41,957 nt of DNA. It comes from a virus. Of this stretch, positions 6,998 to 17,273 are shown in pieces. Both the position numbers and the translations under genes were made by a program. The first letter of the stretch is position 1. Each line of letters starts with the position of its first letter. The stretch spans positions 1 through 41,957 of the IMG/VR virus record IMGVR_UViG_3300045988_159394; one strand, 5' to 3'. The notes beneath the pieces were generated by a model. It had not been told where the DNA came from and searched no databases. It saw nothing but the letters and a program-made list of their open reading frames with translations.

Positions 6998-7591
6998 CTA
7001 CTCGACTATTTCTACCCACATGCCGGTATCGGCCATGCTTGCCGGCTTATCAGCTGTTTTAGACACGTACAGGCGGTTGCTGTGAGCGGTATCAGATGCA
7101 TTGTGCTCTGCAATCATCTCATCTACATCATCCCGTGTCGTATACACGATGGATTTGTCGATGACGATTTGTACATTAGCCGACGTACTGCATACGATTT
7201 CCACCTCAAGGCGGCTCTGCGATACTGGTGTATCTTTGTTTGGCATATAGTCATAATTATTGCCGGCATTAGAGTAGGCATATAGTGTCTCCGTGCCGTT
7301 ATCCAGCTGCGCGAATACACCTAATTCTCTACTAATGAATCCTTCATCAAGTGATGTGTTACCAGTGTCAAAGGTAAGCACCAACAGTTCTTTATTGCTG
7401 TCATCTACTTTCGTAATCGGCAATGTCATTTTAGGCGTTTTCAGATCCGTAAATTTTAAAATATTGTCACTGTCTGTGATGACGCCGCTCCCGAGCTTCC
7501 CTTTCGTAAATTTCAGTGTATGGCCATTTTGCGCCTGGATGAGCATCTGCAATCCGGCCTCTGTAAACGTCAATGTTGGAAATTGTGCCAT
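6998..7591 (-). CDS. Tail-collar fibre / XkdV-like protein
   Basis: N-terminal MAQFPTLTFTEAGLQMLIQAQNGHTLKFTKGKLGSG, as in tail-collar fibre family proteins; follows the XkdU-like gene. Confidence 0.55.
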   Translation of the reverse strand: MAQFPTLTFTEAGLQMLIQAQNGHTLKFTKGKLGSGVITDSDNILKFTDLKTPKMTLPITKVDDSNKELLVLTFDTGNTSLDEGFISRELGVFAQLDNGTETLYAYSNAGNNYDYMPNKDTPVSQSRLEVEIVCSTSANVQIVIDKSIVYTTRDDVDEMIAEHNASDTAHSNRLYVSKTADKPASMADTGMWVEIVE

Positions 7592-7594
7592 GTT

Positions 7595-8248
7595 TTAACC
7601 TCCTGCCTGTATAGTCTGTTTATGATACTGATGGATGATGGCCCCCGCTGCATACAGCGTTGTCGGTGATATCTTATTATTCGGCTGCAGTGTCATCCCG
7701 ATGCGCATTATCTTACAGTTCCGGACAATGCCGGCAGTGTAAACGGCCAGCCTTCCTTTTGTATACGTCAGCAGCGTATGGCCAATGTGTGCCGGGATAT
7801 ACGTATTGATGGCGTCCTCCAGTCCATCATAGTCCAGTACCTGACCGCCATGATGCAGTATCTCTATACTGTACGTTTCCGGGTGGTCGATGACAACGGC
7901 CTGACCGTCTGCTACGTAGAGATTGACCAGTCGTGTTAAAAACGGCACGGTAACGGAATCAACGCCGGCCAGCTTCATCAGTATTTTGTTCCGCCTGGTC
8001 TGTAAGGTATCCGCTGATTCATGCTCCAATCCGACAAATTCTTCCCAGTCATCCAGCCCCCACGTTGCTGTCTTTACAAATGCCTGTTGTGCCGCATCTG
8101 TCAAAGTCAGTCGCTGTATTTCATGCTCATGAGACAACGTCCCTAGTGTATCCGAAAAAGTAGCATCATGAAAAAGGAAGGTGGGAAGATACCGTCTCAG
8201 TTCAACAGGCGTATTCCGCAGGAATCGGAAATCCGGGGTATCAGCCAT
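7595..8248 (-). CDS. XkdU-like (DUF2313) tail protein
   Basis: Size and position after baseplate J in a PBSX-like layout. Confidence 0.5.
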   Translation of the reverse strand: MADTPDFRFLRNTPVELRRYLPTFLFHDATFSDTLGTLSHEHEIQRLTLTDAAQQAFVKTATWGLDDWEEFVGLEHESADTLQTRRNKILMKLAGVDSVTVPFLTRLVNLYVADGQAVVIDHPETYSIEILHHGGQVLDYDGLEDAINTYIPAHIGHTLLTYTKGRLAVYTAGIVRNCKIMRIGMTLQPNNKISPTTLYAAGAIIHQYHKQTIQAGG

Positions 8249-9272
8249 TGAGTGTCACCTCCGTCACCTTAGGTATCTGCTCATCTGTCAAAGAAATATT
8301 CTTCACATCACCATTGATAGTGAGAGAATCATAATCTGTGACGTTTGTAGATTCATCGTCAATAATCATCTTCCCTATAACAGCATACGAAACCTTTCCG
8401 CCACCAAAATTCCGGGACGTAAAATAATTGTTCAGCAGTATCTTGATGGCATCTGCATCTCCTTTGCCCTTGGTAGGCGTCAGTTCGATATGAAGTTCTA
8501 AAATAGCCGGTGCGACTACGGACACCGTGGCCCCGATAGGATGTTTTGTTTCAATAGTGTTGGACACTTGTGTCAACAGATTCGATGACGCCGGATTTCC
8601 GCTGGAATCTGTAATGATGACTTTTACAGTGCCGTTACCGTTCCAGAGTGGAACGACTGTCACATGACCAACACCCGCTATAGATGTCGCCCACTCGATA
8701 TAATCATTCACATTCCCTGATGTAGCCGGCTGCCGTACTTTAAAAATCAGCCGATTGTATAAGGTGGCGTCGTCTTCTTCATCAAATCCATCATAGGTAG
8801 CGTCGGCATTCGTTACAGAGCTGATACCTGGTATAGACATAGGGATGACCGTAATCGTACCGGCTTTTACATTTCCTATCGTGCCGGCAGTACTGCACTC
8901 AACAGGGATATCACCAGACTGGGTAATTGAAGCGGCTTTCGTCGTATAGAAAGCAATTCCTGTAAACGTCTGGAATACACTTCCCTGTGGTACAGTCCCA
9001 TTGCCGGATACTGTGACCCTGCCTTTGGCCTTGACGGCCTGCCGACGGAAAATGCCATGTTCTTCTGCCCGCATTTCGAGGTACTCACCCCAGCTGGTCC
9101 GGGCAAACATGGCTTTATAGGCTTGTTCCCGTTCGACTTCTTGTTTGGCGAACTCGATACTATTGGCGGCAAACGAATCATACGTAAAGGTGCCTTCAAA
9201 ACTCGATACAGATGAACTCGAGTTTTCCTGCAGTTCTTTTAAAATCTCATCCTGCCCTCTGGCTTCATACAT
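8241..9272 (-). CDS. Baseplate J-like protein (XkdT-like)
   Basis: 343 aa; position between the XkdS-like and XkdU-like genes. Confidence 0.65.
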   Translation of the reverse strand: MYEARGQDEILKELQENSSSSVSSFEGTFTYDSFAANSIEFAKQEVEREQAYKAMFARTSWGEYLEMRAEEHGIFRRQAVKAKGRVTVSGNGTVPQGSVFQTFTGIAFYTTKAASITQSGDIPVECSTAGTIGNVKAGTITVIPMSIPGISSVTNADATYDGFDEEDDATLYNRLIFKVRQPATSGNVNDYIEWATSIAGVGHVTVVPLWNGNGTVKVIITDSSGNPASSNLLTQVSNTIETKHPIGATVSVVAPAILELHIELTPTKGKGDADAIKILLNNYFTSRNFGGGKVSYAVIGKMIIDDESTNVTDYDSLTINGDVKNISLTDEQIPKVTEVTLNG

Positions 9273-9690
9273 CGACGCTCACCTCCCCATAAATCGTCGT
9301 AATCGTAATAGCAATAGAAACTTTATCTCCATCATGTGATATATCTACATTGTCAATACTCCTGATGTACGGATTTACCATCAGACATTCAATGATGATC
9401 CGCTTGATTTCACTGTATCTCTGCTGTACCCCCATGACCTTGCCTATGAACGGCCTGAGTTCAATACCATACTGCCAGCTGTATGCCAGGTAGCGGAAAC
9501 GCTCCGTGCTGAGGGCTTTGTAGATCCATACCTTGATGGCCTCGTCCTTTTCAACGACGACGTGCCTGCCTATTTTGTCATACAAAAAACAGTTCTTATC
9601 GAAGTCCCAGGCATATTCCTTAGGGACTGGCAGGTCTGACGTATAAGTATTGACCGATACAGCCCCGGTAAAGGGATATTCTGCACTCAT
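9265..9690 (-). CDS. XkdS-like (DUF2634) baseplate protein
   Basis: Size and position. Confidence 0.5.
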   Translation of the reverse strand: MSAEYPFTGAVSVNTYTSDLPVPKEYAWDFDKNCFLYDKIGRHVVVEKDEAIKVWIYKALSTERFRYLAYSWQYGIELRPFIGKVMGVQQRYSEIKRIIIECLMVNPYIRSIDNVDISHDGDKVSIAITITTIYGEVSVDV

Positions 9691-10085
9691 AACTTCACCC
9701 CACTGTCTGCCAGCCAGTATAATTGTTCATTCTGGCCGTAAATCGGTATCAGGAGGACCAGCGTCCCCGGTTTCAGTGTATCCGTCCACATCTCATCGTT
9801 ATCAATGGGATGGTTATGACTTTCATACGCTGCGTCTCCGGAACCACCTGCCCGGTTACTGGTCTGCCCGACCATATGACGGGTATAATCCGGCATCAGA
9901 TACCTTGAAATATACAGGTCCTTCTTCGTCAATGGTATATTATTCATCCGGACAACGATATCAGGAGGCGGGGCTTCGACGATGCCGACCTGGGCACCTC
10001 TTGGCAGTTCACCCCGGGCTACTGTATGCATGATATCTACAATGGCTGATGCTGATTGAGATGCAGATGGAATATGTTCCGGCAT
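9687..10085 (-). CDS. XkdR-like (DUF2577) protein
   Basis: Size and position. Confidence 0.5.
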   Translation of the reverse strand: MPEHIPSASQSASAIVDIMHTVARGELPRGAQVGIVEAPPPDIVVRMNNIPLTKKDLYISRYLMPDYTRHMVGQTSNRAGGSGDAAYESHNHPIDNDEMWTDTLKPGTLVLLIPIYGQNEQLYWLADSGVKL

Positions 10086-10097
10086 AATATCATCTCC

Positions 10098-11588
10098 TTA
10101 CATCCTACTCGTCTTGATAATAGATGTTGGCGTCATGCCGATATTATAGATGCCACCGGTACCAACGGCCCCGGCGCCGCCGTTCCCGCTGGAATTATTA
10201 CCGACATATTGGCCATCGCCGGCATAGACGACAACGTGCTCATCGCCATCGAAGACGACGCAGTCCCCGACTTCCAGGTTCGATTCATCGAAAGGAATGA
10301 CGGCGTCGCCGGCATCAGACATTAAGGTCGGGACCGAGGCGACACCATTATCACATTCCTGCTTGAGAAATGGGCTGTAATAGCTGCCAATACGCGTGGC
10401 AGCCTCTACACAGCCATTACGCCCATCTGGCATAGTAGCCCCTTCCCAAGCGGCAAAGCCCGCTTGTACGCCAGCTGACGCTGCCAAATTCGCACTACCA
10501 ATCGCAGACGATGTACGGCCTGTCTTCGTCTGTATCTCTTTCGGCTTTTCTTCTTTGTTCATAATGTTTTCGAACTCGATTTCCAATTGCATTTCATGGA
10601 TACCGTTTTCAAATGTATGCGTATCAGATTTAATCCAGAATTTTCCGCACAATTCCGTCAGGATATCTCTGATTTGGATGGAGTAGGAAGACTTCGCAGC
10701 ATAATCCCCAATCATTTCTAATATTCCAGAACGTTCCGGCCCTTTGAACAGCTTGTTGATTTCTGCCTGGGCATTGTCATTCGGGTTCGTCTTGTAGACG
10801 TCCTGGACCATGGAATACTTCTGGATCCATTCATCTTTCGTCTGGTAGCCCGTGACGTTGCCCTGCTGGTCGGTAATCATGACGCTGTTTACCATGCTTT
10901 CGATGGATTCTTTATACTGGCTGTTCTCAATATTTACGTATTGATTGGCTTCCAGCCCTTCGATGAGTTCGCCTTTTTTGATGACATCCAGTTCATCGCC
11001 GCGCATGACCGGATGGAAAAGAACATCCGGATCATCCTTGTTTTCCTTCTGTGTGTTGATTTGATTGGCTGCATCTGTATAGGCAATCATGATGATCTGA
11101 TAGCCTGTTTTCTCCTGGGCGATAAACGAGACTTTCTTGCCTGTTTCAGCCAGTTTCCCGGCTTTGATACCCAGTTCACTGCAGACTGCTTTTGCAATAT
11201 CCTCAGCCAGCATATCCGTGAATTTCCGTGTTGTTTTGGACCGACAGAGGATGAACAAATTATCGTAGGCCATGACCGTGACGGTGGACTGCTGTACATT
11301 CTTTTCGACACTGTACACATTGCCCTGGAACTGCAGGTTCCCGGCTTCATCATAACCATAGACCGTTTCCCCACAGCTAATGACGTAGTTCGGCAGGTTC
11401 GGGTCCCGGGCGTCCTGTACATAGGAGAACGTCAATTTCCGCGCTACCTGCAGTCGCGAGCCTTCCCAGGTAATCTTGCCAACCGTTAGCCGTGATATGT
11501 CATTTAGCACGTCTTTCTGGGTTGTTGTCTCCCGTCCGCTTGCGTCTTTTGTTGTCTCCGTGACGACCAGCTTATGCTTGATGATCAA
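10098..11588 (-). CDS. XkdQ-like tail/baseplate hub protein with a C-terminal NlpC/P60- or CHAP-like peptidase domain
   Basis: C-terminal GRNGCVEAATRIGSYY...GDCVVFDGDEHVVVYAGDG (Cys...His cell-wall hydrolase pattern). Confidence 0.55.
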   Translation of the reverse strand: MIIKHKLVVTETTKDASGRETTTQKDVLNDISRLTVGKITWEGSRLQVARKLTFSYVQDARDPNLPNYVISCGETVYGYDEAGNLQFQGNVYSVEKNVQQSTVTVMAYDNLFILCRSKTTRKFTDMLAEDIAKAVCSELGIKAGKLAETGKKVSFIAQEKTGYQIIMIAYTDAANQINTQKENKDDPDVLFHPVMRGDELDVIKKGELIEGLEANQYVNIENSQYKESIESMVNSVMITDQQGNVTGYQTKDEWIQKYSMVQDVYKTNPNDNAQAEINKLFKGPERSGILEMIGDYAAKSSYSIQIRDILTELCGKFWIKSDTHTFENGIHEMQLEIEFENIMNKEEKPKEIQTKTGRTSSAIGSANLAASAGVQAGFAAWEGATMPDGRNGCVEAATRIGSYYSPFLKQECDNGVASVPTLMSDAGDAVIPFDESNLEVGDCVVFDGDEHVVVYAGDGQYVGNNSSGNGGAGAVGTGGIYNIGMTPTSIIKTSRM

Positions 11589-12325
11589 TTCTTAATCACC
11601 CACTTCCGGATTTGTCCGGTATTATTGATGACCAGGCTCTTGAGGTTATTGCTCTTGATTACGCGGCGCCAATGAGTATAATCCCCGTAGGCCTTCTTAG
11701 CGATATCCATTACATCACAGCCTTTTTGGAACAGCGCTTTCCCTTTAGAGACATTAGCCTGTTCTTCCTTGATTTTTGCATCCAGGTCAACCGGACGTAC
11801 TTTAAGTCCTGTCGCGTCATCAATCGGCTTATCGTTATTGGCTGCCGGGACATTGAGTTCTTTGTACTCCGTGAAATTGAGCGTATAGTAGATATCCCGG
11901 CTGCCGTCCTGCTCCCAGTACGAGAACTCCATAATGGCCATCTGCATGTTTACTGGAGAATCTGTAATGATGACACGCACCGGCTTCCGTGACGCCTTCC
12001 ATTCTGTCAGTTTTTCGACACAGGCTGTCGGTTCTGTGTAATCGCCCACGACAAACGGATAATCATGTACAGTAGACGGGAAGAAGCAGGAAAACGACAG
12101 CGTCCGGGCTTTTGGCATCCCGAACACCGGAGCTTCCCCGACCTGTGTAATATCGACGACTTTGTTCTTCTGGCCGTCACCAACGGTATACTTTGCCGGC
12201 GTTACCGGTATGGTCAGGCGCCCTGTAGGGCCTTCAATGATGATCTGCCGTCTTCCGCTTACTCCGCCACTGGAGAAGATGGCCGAAAGGACCTGTATTG
12301 TATTGCCTAACGTGCCCAGACTCAT
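11585..12325 (-). CDS. XkdP-like protein with a C-terminal LysM domain
   Basis: C-terminal DVMDIAKKAYGDYTHWRRVIKSNNL (LysM-like). Directly after the tape measure. Confidence 0.6.
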   Translation of the reverse strand: MSLGTLGNTIQVLSAIFSSGGVSGRRQIIIEGPTGRLTIPVTPAKYTVGDGQKNKVVDITQVGEAPVFGMPKARTLSFSCFFPSTVHDYPFVVGDYTEPTACVEKLTEWKASRKPVRVIITDSPVNMQMAIMEFSYWEQDGSRDIYYTLNFTEYKELNVPAANNDKPIDDATGLKVRPVDLDAKIKEEQANVSKGKALFQKGCDVMDIAKKAYGDYTHWRRVIKSNNLKSLVINNTGQIRKWVIKN

Positions 12326-15111
12326 CAGTAACCACCTCCGTAATTGACATGCCCCTGGGAAATCAGTTTCGCCAGTTTATATGCGATGCGGTCAATGTCG
12401 GCCTCTTCGCGGACGTAGAAAGTATTGCCCTTGACGACGACCGGGCCGCCTGCCGGCATGCTGCCATCCAGCTCATTCTGGATCATTCGTTCCGTCGTAG
12501 CACGTGGATAGATACGGCTTCCCTGTGGCAGGTCTACGATTTCGCCACCCCGCTCATTGATTTCGGTCCATCCACCGGAATAATAGGACGAGCCGGACGC
12601 GTTATGACCAATTGAGAACATAGACGAAAAGGTACTGTCTAACGGGCCCGAACCGCCGAACGTCGGGACGGATGCTGCTGCAGAACCTAATTCTGTCAGT
12701 TTATCCGCAGCGGAACTGGCCAGGCCTGCCAACGGCTGACAGACGTTACTGTCAAACCAACTGCAGAAATCGGCCCAGGCATTTTCTGCATTGGCACGGG
12801 CTTCGGAAAAACTATTCCCGATTCCCTGCCCTGTGTATTCAGCACCCTGCTGGATATCACCCCAGGTATCACTGGCCCAGTCATTCAGGCTGTCCAGTTT
12901 TTGTCCTGCCGATGTCTTCATATCCTCCCATGCCTGCCCCATTTTCTGCGCCATGTCCTGTACATCAGCATCAAACCGTGGCCCCATGTTAGCAAAATCG
13001 GCTTTCATTTCAGACAGGGCACGGGAGAATGGCTGCTTCATCCGGTCCCAGTCAATCCGTGCAAACGCATCGCCGAGTTTTTCGCCCAGGAGACCGCCGC
13101 CTATCCCACCGGCTAAACCGCCTATGGCAGCGCCGACAGGCCCAGCCAAACTTCCAGCCATAGCTCCTAGTTTCGCACCGCCGAGCCATCCTAGTCCGCC
13201 ACCAACAGCACTGCTTATCGCCGCCCCCCGTTCTTCTTCCGGAGCATACGCAACGTTCAACGCAGAACCAGCCAGATATGTCAATCCGCCCAATACAGGA
13301 AGACGCCTCATCACGCCTCCGATACGGGACGATGACGGCGTCTTCGTTTTAGATGGCGTTTTTGTCCCTGGAGTTCCCGGTGTAGGAATGGAAGGCGTAT
13401 TCGATGTCGATTCCTTCCCATTTACAATGACGGTCCTGGCTGATACCATCATATCTTTTACGCCTGTCGTACTTGATTCCGGTCCTGCAGGCGGCTTCGA
13501 TGATTTAGTTATCAGCCCCTGGACGGAACTGCGTACTTTTTGTGCTAAGTCATATAGTTTCTTCAGCCCGAATGCCAGGGCACCTCCTGCCAGTACAGAC
13601 CCGATACCATCAAAGGCAAGGAACTTATCTTTCAGATCTTTTATTCCTTCTCCTATCAGTGACAGGACGGACCGGGTTCCCAGGCCATGTTCCTCAACCA
13701 CTCCACTGAAATCGCTCAAAAGCTTATCCGCTTCTTTGACGAAGTCGCGCAGACCGTTGCTGGTATTGCCTTTCATCAGTGACATGGTAAAGGCGTCCCA
13801 GTCCCCGGACAGATATTCCAGATCACCGGCCAGATTATCCAGGCGGATGTCAGCCATTTTCTTTGCTGCCCCTGCCGAATTATCAATAGAATCAGCCAGT
13901 GAATTGAACTTGTCATCCGATTCATTAACAATGCCCAAAAGCCCTGACATGGCTTCCTGCCCCGCCAGTGCTGATGCTACCTGCGCCTGTTCCGCCGGTG
14001 TCAGCTGTTTGAACCCATTCCGTATATCTACCAGGATATCCCGCAGAGGACGCATATTGCCAGCAGAATCGGTAATAGAGAGTCCCAGTGTCTGCATGGC
14101 TTCCGCCGAGTCTTTGGTGGGCGATGCCATGCGGGTCAAAAGTGCCCTCAGGCTGGTACCAGCCTGTTCGCCTTTGATACCGGCATCCGCCATAGCGCCG
14201 ATAGCCAGGGCCGTGTCCTGGATGGTATACCCCAGGGCCCCGGCCAACGGAGCGACATACTGGAACGTATAACCCATTTTGCCGACATTGGTATTGGAAC
14301 TGGTTGCCGTGGCAGCCAGGACATCAGAAAACATGGTGGCATCTGACGCTGCCAGCTTGAACGATGTCATAGCATCCGTCACGATATCCGATACGCGCCC
14401 TAGGTCTTCACCGGAAGCCGCAGCCAGATTCATGACACCGGGAAGGCCGGCAATCATTTCATCTGATTTCCACCCTGCCATGCCCATATATTCCAGAGCT
14501 TGCGCTGATTCTTTGGCTGAGAATTTCGTTTCGGCGCCCATCTTCATGGCAGCATCGGTAAGTCGTTGGAATTCGTCTTCTGTCGCCCCGGAAATAGCCT
14601 TTACGGCACTCATTTCCTGCTCGAAGTCCATATAACCTTTAACAGCGTCATAGATACCAAATCCGATACCTGCGGCCCCTGCCATCTGCATACTGGTGCC
14701 CATGAGCATTCCGCCGGCCATGCCAGACATAGCGTTCTTCATATCCTGCAGGCCCTTGTCTTTCATGACATTGGCCCGCATATTCAGGGCAACCGTATAC
14801 GCTTTCCCTTTCAGGCCGTTCAATTCGGTCTTGACTTTGCGTATTTGCTCTGTCGCGTTGTCCTTTGCCCGGATGGTTGCTTCATACGTGCCGCGGATGC
14901 CCTGAAAGGACCGTTTGGCTTTATCCGCCTGCTGGGCCGCCCGTGACGCTGCAGTTCCAGCCTTCCCCATTCCGGCTGCAACACTGTCCGTCGCAATGCC
15001 TGCATCCTTTAATGTACCTGTCAGGTCCTTGAAACCGGACCGTGCTTTATTGACCTGTGCTGTAAACTGGTCCTTGAGTTCCAGTGTAGCGCTCAGTATG
15101 TAATTGCTCAT
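12325..15111 (-). CDS. Tail tape measure protein (TP901-family core domain), 928 aa
   Basis: KMGYTFQYVAPLAGALGYTIQDTALAIGAMADAGIKGEQAGTSLRALLTRMASP; Ala/Gly-rich; C-terminal peptidase-like end. Confidence 0.9.
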   Translation of the reverse strand: MSNYILSATLELKDQFTAQVNKARSGFKDLTGTLKDAGIATDSVAAGMGKAGTAASRAAQQADKAKRSFQGIRGTYEATIRAKDNATEQIRKVKTELNGLKGKAYTVALNMRANVMKDKGLQDMKNAMSGMAGGMLMGTSMQMAGAAGIGFGIYDAVKGYMDFEQEMSAVKAISGATEDEFQRLTDAAMKMGAETKFSAKESAQALEYMGMAGWKSDEMIAGLPGVMNLAAASGEDLGRVSDIVTDAMTSFKLAASDATMFSDVLAATATSSNTNVGKMGYTFQYVAPLAGALGYTIQDTALAIGAMADAGIKGEQAGTSLRALLTRMASPTKDSAEAMQTLGLSITDSAGNMRPLRDILVDIRNGFKQLTPAEQAQVASALAGQEAMSGLLGIVNESDDKFNSLADSIDNSAGAAKKMADIRLDNLAGDLEYLSGDWDAFTMSLMKGNTSNGLRDFVKEADKLLSDFSGVVEEHGLGTRSVLSLIGEGIKDLKDKFLAFDGIGSVLAGGALAFGLKKLYDLAQKVRSSVQGLITKSSKPPAGPESSTTGVKDMMVSARTVIVNGKESTSNTPSIPTPGTPGTKTPSKTKTPSSSRIGGVMRRLPVLGGLTYLAGSALNVAYAPEEERGAAISSAVGGGLGWLGGAKLGAMAGSLAGPVGAAIGGLAGGIGGGLLGEKLGDAFARIDWDRMKQPFSRALSEMKADFANMGPRFDADVQDMAQKMGQAWEDMKTSAGQKLDSLNDWASDTWGDIQQGAEYTGQGIGNSFSEARANAENAWADFCSWFDSNVCQPLAGLASSAADKLTELGSAAASVPTFGGSGPLDSTFSSMFSIGHNASGSSYYSGGWTEINERGGEIVDLPQGSRIYPRATTERMIQNELDGSMPAGGPVVVKGNTFYVREEADIDRIAYKLAKLISQGHVNYGGGY

Positions 15112-15300
15112 AGCATCCGGTCTCCTTTCACTTTTAATGGCAGCAGTATCAGCCGTTCCTGCCGTTCCTGTTCATGCACCATGGCCTGATAGCAGAATAT
15201 CTTTTCCACTGGATCCAGATGGAAGAACCAATCTAGTGTATGACCCCTGAGAACCAGAAAAGCGGCCGTAGCCGCTTCCCAGTTCTCCTCAATCAGTTTT
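15108..15300 (-). CDS. -1 frameshift extension of the tail assembly chaperone (G-T-like product), ending in an overlap with the TMP start
   Basis: Slippery heptamer A_AAA_AAC at the stop of the XkdN-like gene (…GTAAAAAACTGA). The -1 frame reads LIEENWEAATAAFLVLRGHTLDWFFHLDPVEKIFCYQAMVHEQERQERLILLPLKVKGDRML*. Confidence 0.6.
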
Positions 15301-15655
15301 TTACTTCTTTATGTACCTTTGCTTCGATATTTTCTCCGTATCCGGACAGACTGGCGATTTTTCTTGCAATAGCCGGTACTTCCCCAGCGTCAAAGAGCTT
15401 ATCGACAATATCCGTCGGTTCTGCACAGCCATACGCCTGCTGCAGTGCCGCATCTCTCAGATTCGGAGCTACGACGCTGTTTAGGATGCAGTATTCATCC
15501 CCGCCATCCGATATATCGATAATGTCGGCCATCAGGCTCCCAGACATTTTCTTTACGGTCATTACCCCGACGCTGGTAGTGATATCAAATGTTTCCTGTT
15601 TCTTCTGTTCGATTTTTTCTTTCTGATTAATCAGATCCTGCACACTGACTGCCAT
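15293..15655 (-). CDS. Tail assembly chaperone (XkdN-like)
   Basis: 120 aa, between the tube and tape measure genes; slippery site at its 3' end. Confidence 0.7.
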   Translation of the reverse strand: MAVSVQDLINQKEKIEQKKQETFDITTSVGVMTVKKMSGSLMADIIDISDGGDEYCILNSVVAPNLRDAALQQAYGCAEPTDIVDKLFDAGEVPAIARKIASLSGYGENIEAKVHKEVKN

Positions 15656-15667
15656 ATAACGTTCCTC

Positions 15668-16123
15668 CTATTCTACGGTTTCTACATAGGCCGCATCTTC
15701 CGGCGTGAAGCCGAAAGGATATTCTTTTTCAACTACCTTGCCTTTTTCAAAACTCATCAGGTCCAATTTATTGAACCAGACATTATCGATTGAGACGCGT
15801 TCCTTCTGGGCATCAATCATATCCGGGTCTTCCAGCAGGCCTACCAGTGTTGTCCGCGGATCGTGCCCGGCTTTCCATTCTTCGAGGAATTTATTCAGAT
15901 TGCGGTTAATGGCGCTCTTGATTGTAATCGTTCCGGTGCCTTTCAGTGATACGATTTTGCTGTCTACGCTGTTACCGATTAGCACATCTTCACGCTGTGG
16001 CTCTACGTTTACCTCAAACTTTTCGATTTCAAAAAGCAATTCATTGTCCCACCATACCTTGCCGTGGGACCCGTTCCAGCGTCTACGACCTCGATACTGT
16101 ACATCAAATGGGCTTCTTGCCAT
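15668..16123 (-). CDS. Tail tube protein (XkdM-like)
   Basis: 151 aa, directly after the sheath gene. Confidence 0.7.
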   Translation of the reverse strand: MARSPFDVQYRGRRRWNGSHGKVWWDNELLFEIEKFEVNVEPQREDVLIGNSVDSKIVSLKGTGTITIKSAINRNLNKFLEEWKAGHDPRTTLVGLLEDPDMIDAQKERVSIDNVWFNKLDLMSFEKGKVVEKEYPFGFTPEDAAYVETVE

Positions 16124-16136
16124 TTATAAGACCTCC

Positions 16137-17270
16137 TTACAGGGTAAAATCAATCGTCAGATTTTCCATAGCATCTACGAGACGGATATTGCCGACCAGA
16201 GCAATCGTATCACCGGTATTGTACTGGCGGATTTCCATGACCGACATCGTTGTCGGATCGTCACCGTGAAGCTTGGCATAATTGCTCTGATACTGTTCGT
16301 TGATGTCAACTGTATTATCTGCATCGGCATCCAGTACGTTCCCTTTGATTTCCGAGAAATAGACCAGGATGGCCGAAATGAACAGCATCTTATGGTTGTA
16401 GTCGTTGATGACCTTGCCGACGTAATATTTCTTGAACGTATCCCGGATATCATCGGTAATCATGTCCATGCCTTCAATGATCTTGATCTTACGGAATTCT
16501 TCACCTTTGTCCGTGGTGAAAGTCGTAAGGGAATTGCAGGCACGGGCAATCTTGACACCGTCGCCATCCTGTTCATCAATCAGGAGCAGTTCGCCTTTAT
16601 CAATCAGCGTATCGATATCTTCGTAGACCTCTACGCTTTCTACTTCCGTCAGCTTGAAGTACGTGGCGCTACGGTCCAAGGACAGCCCTGCCAAAATGCC
16701 GGCAATACGGGCCGTATACTGTATCGCTGTATACGTCGTATAGACAGGATTGCCAGAACTGTCGGTATCAGTCTGTACCTTGATATCGTTCGTGCAGAAG
16801 TTGACGATGCCTTCATGGTCGGCTGCCTGTTCAGATAATACGGCCTTGAAAGTTTTCCGTTTCGTCGTACGCTGCGTCTTAATCCAAGATGCCAGGTCAT
16901 TCTGTTCCTGCGTCGTAGCAGTCGGGGCACAGAGCCAGTTCCATTTGATGTTGGCCAGCATCTTGAGAACGTTAGCCTGTGTCTTAGTCGCTCCTTCTAC
17001 AGTAGAAAGGGGCAGTGTATATACCAGGACCCGGAGAGGCGTCCCGAGCAGACATTTTTTGATAAGGTCTACGTTTTCATCGGTAAGACCTGTTTCCGGG
17101 ATATCCGATACATCCCTGATCGTGTAGTTATGGATTTCATCTTTCGATTCATTGTGGAGGATCATCGCAACGATCCCCATGGCACTCCGTTTAATAGCTG
17201 TCGTGCCTTTCGTACGGAAATTAATCAGTACCTGCGGCAGACCGAATAATTCCTGTTCCTGTGCTGGCAT
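16137..17270 (-). CDS. Contractile tail sheath protein (XkdK-like)
   Basis: 377 aa, followed by the tube gene. Confidence 0.75.
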   Translation of the reverse strand: MPAQEQELFGLPQVLINFRTKGTTAIKRSAMGIVAMILHNESKDEIHNYTIRDVSDIPETGLTDENVDLIKKCLLGTPLRVLVYTLPLSTVEGATKTQANVLKMLANIKWNWLCAPTATTQEQNDLASWIKTQRTTKRKTFKAVLSEQAADHEGIVNFCTNDIKVQTDTDSSGNPVYTTYTAIQYTARIAGILAGLSLDRSATYFKLTEVESVEVYEDIDTLIDKGELLLIDEQDGDGVKIARACNSLTTFTTDKGEEFRKIKIIEGMDMITDDIRDTFKKYYVGKVINDYNHKMLFISAILVYFSEIKGNVLDADADNTVDINEQYQSNYAKLHGDDPTTMSVMEIRQYNTGDTIALVGNIRLVDAMENLTIDFTL

Positions 17271-17273
17271 AGC

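Noticed and set aside
12791-14272. 493-aa plus-strand ORF, and several other long ORFs antisense to large genes (5561..6145, 5844..6323, 10941..11489, 15705..16838, 20397..21197, 29541..30341, 31239..32405, 34483..35382)
   Set aside because: They lie entirely inside well-supported minus-strand genes (tape measure, fibre, XkdQ-like, sheath/tube, capsid, primase, helicase, Rad50-like). They have low-complexity Ser/Pro/Arg-rich translations typical of antisense frames and lack RBSs.
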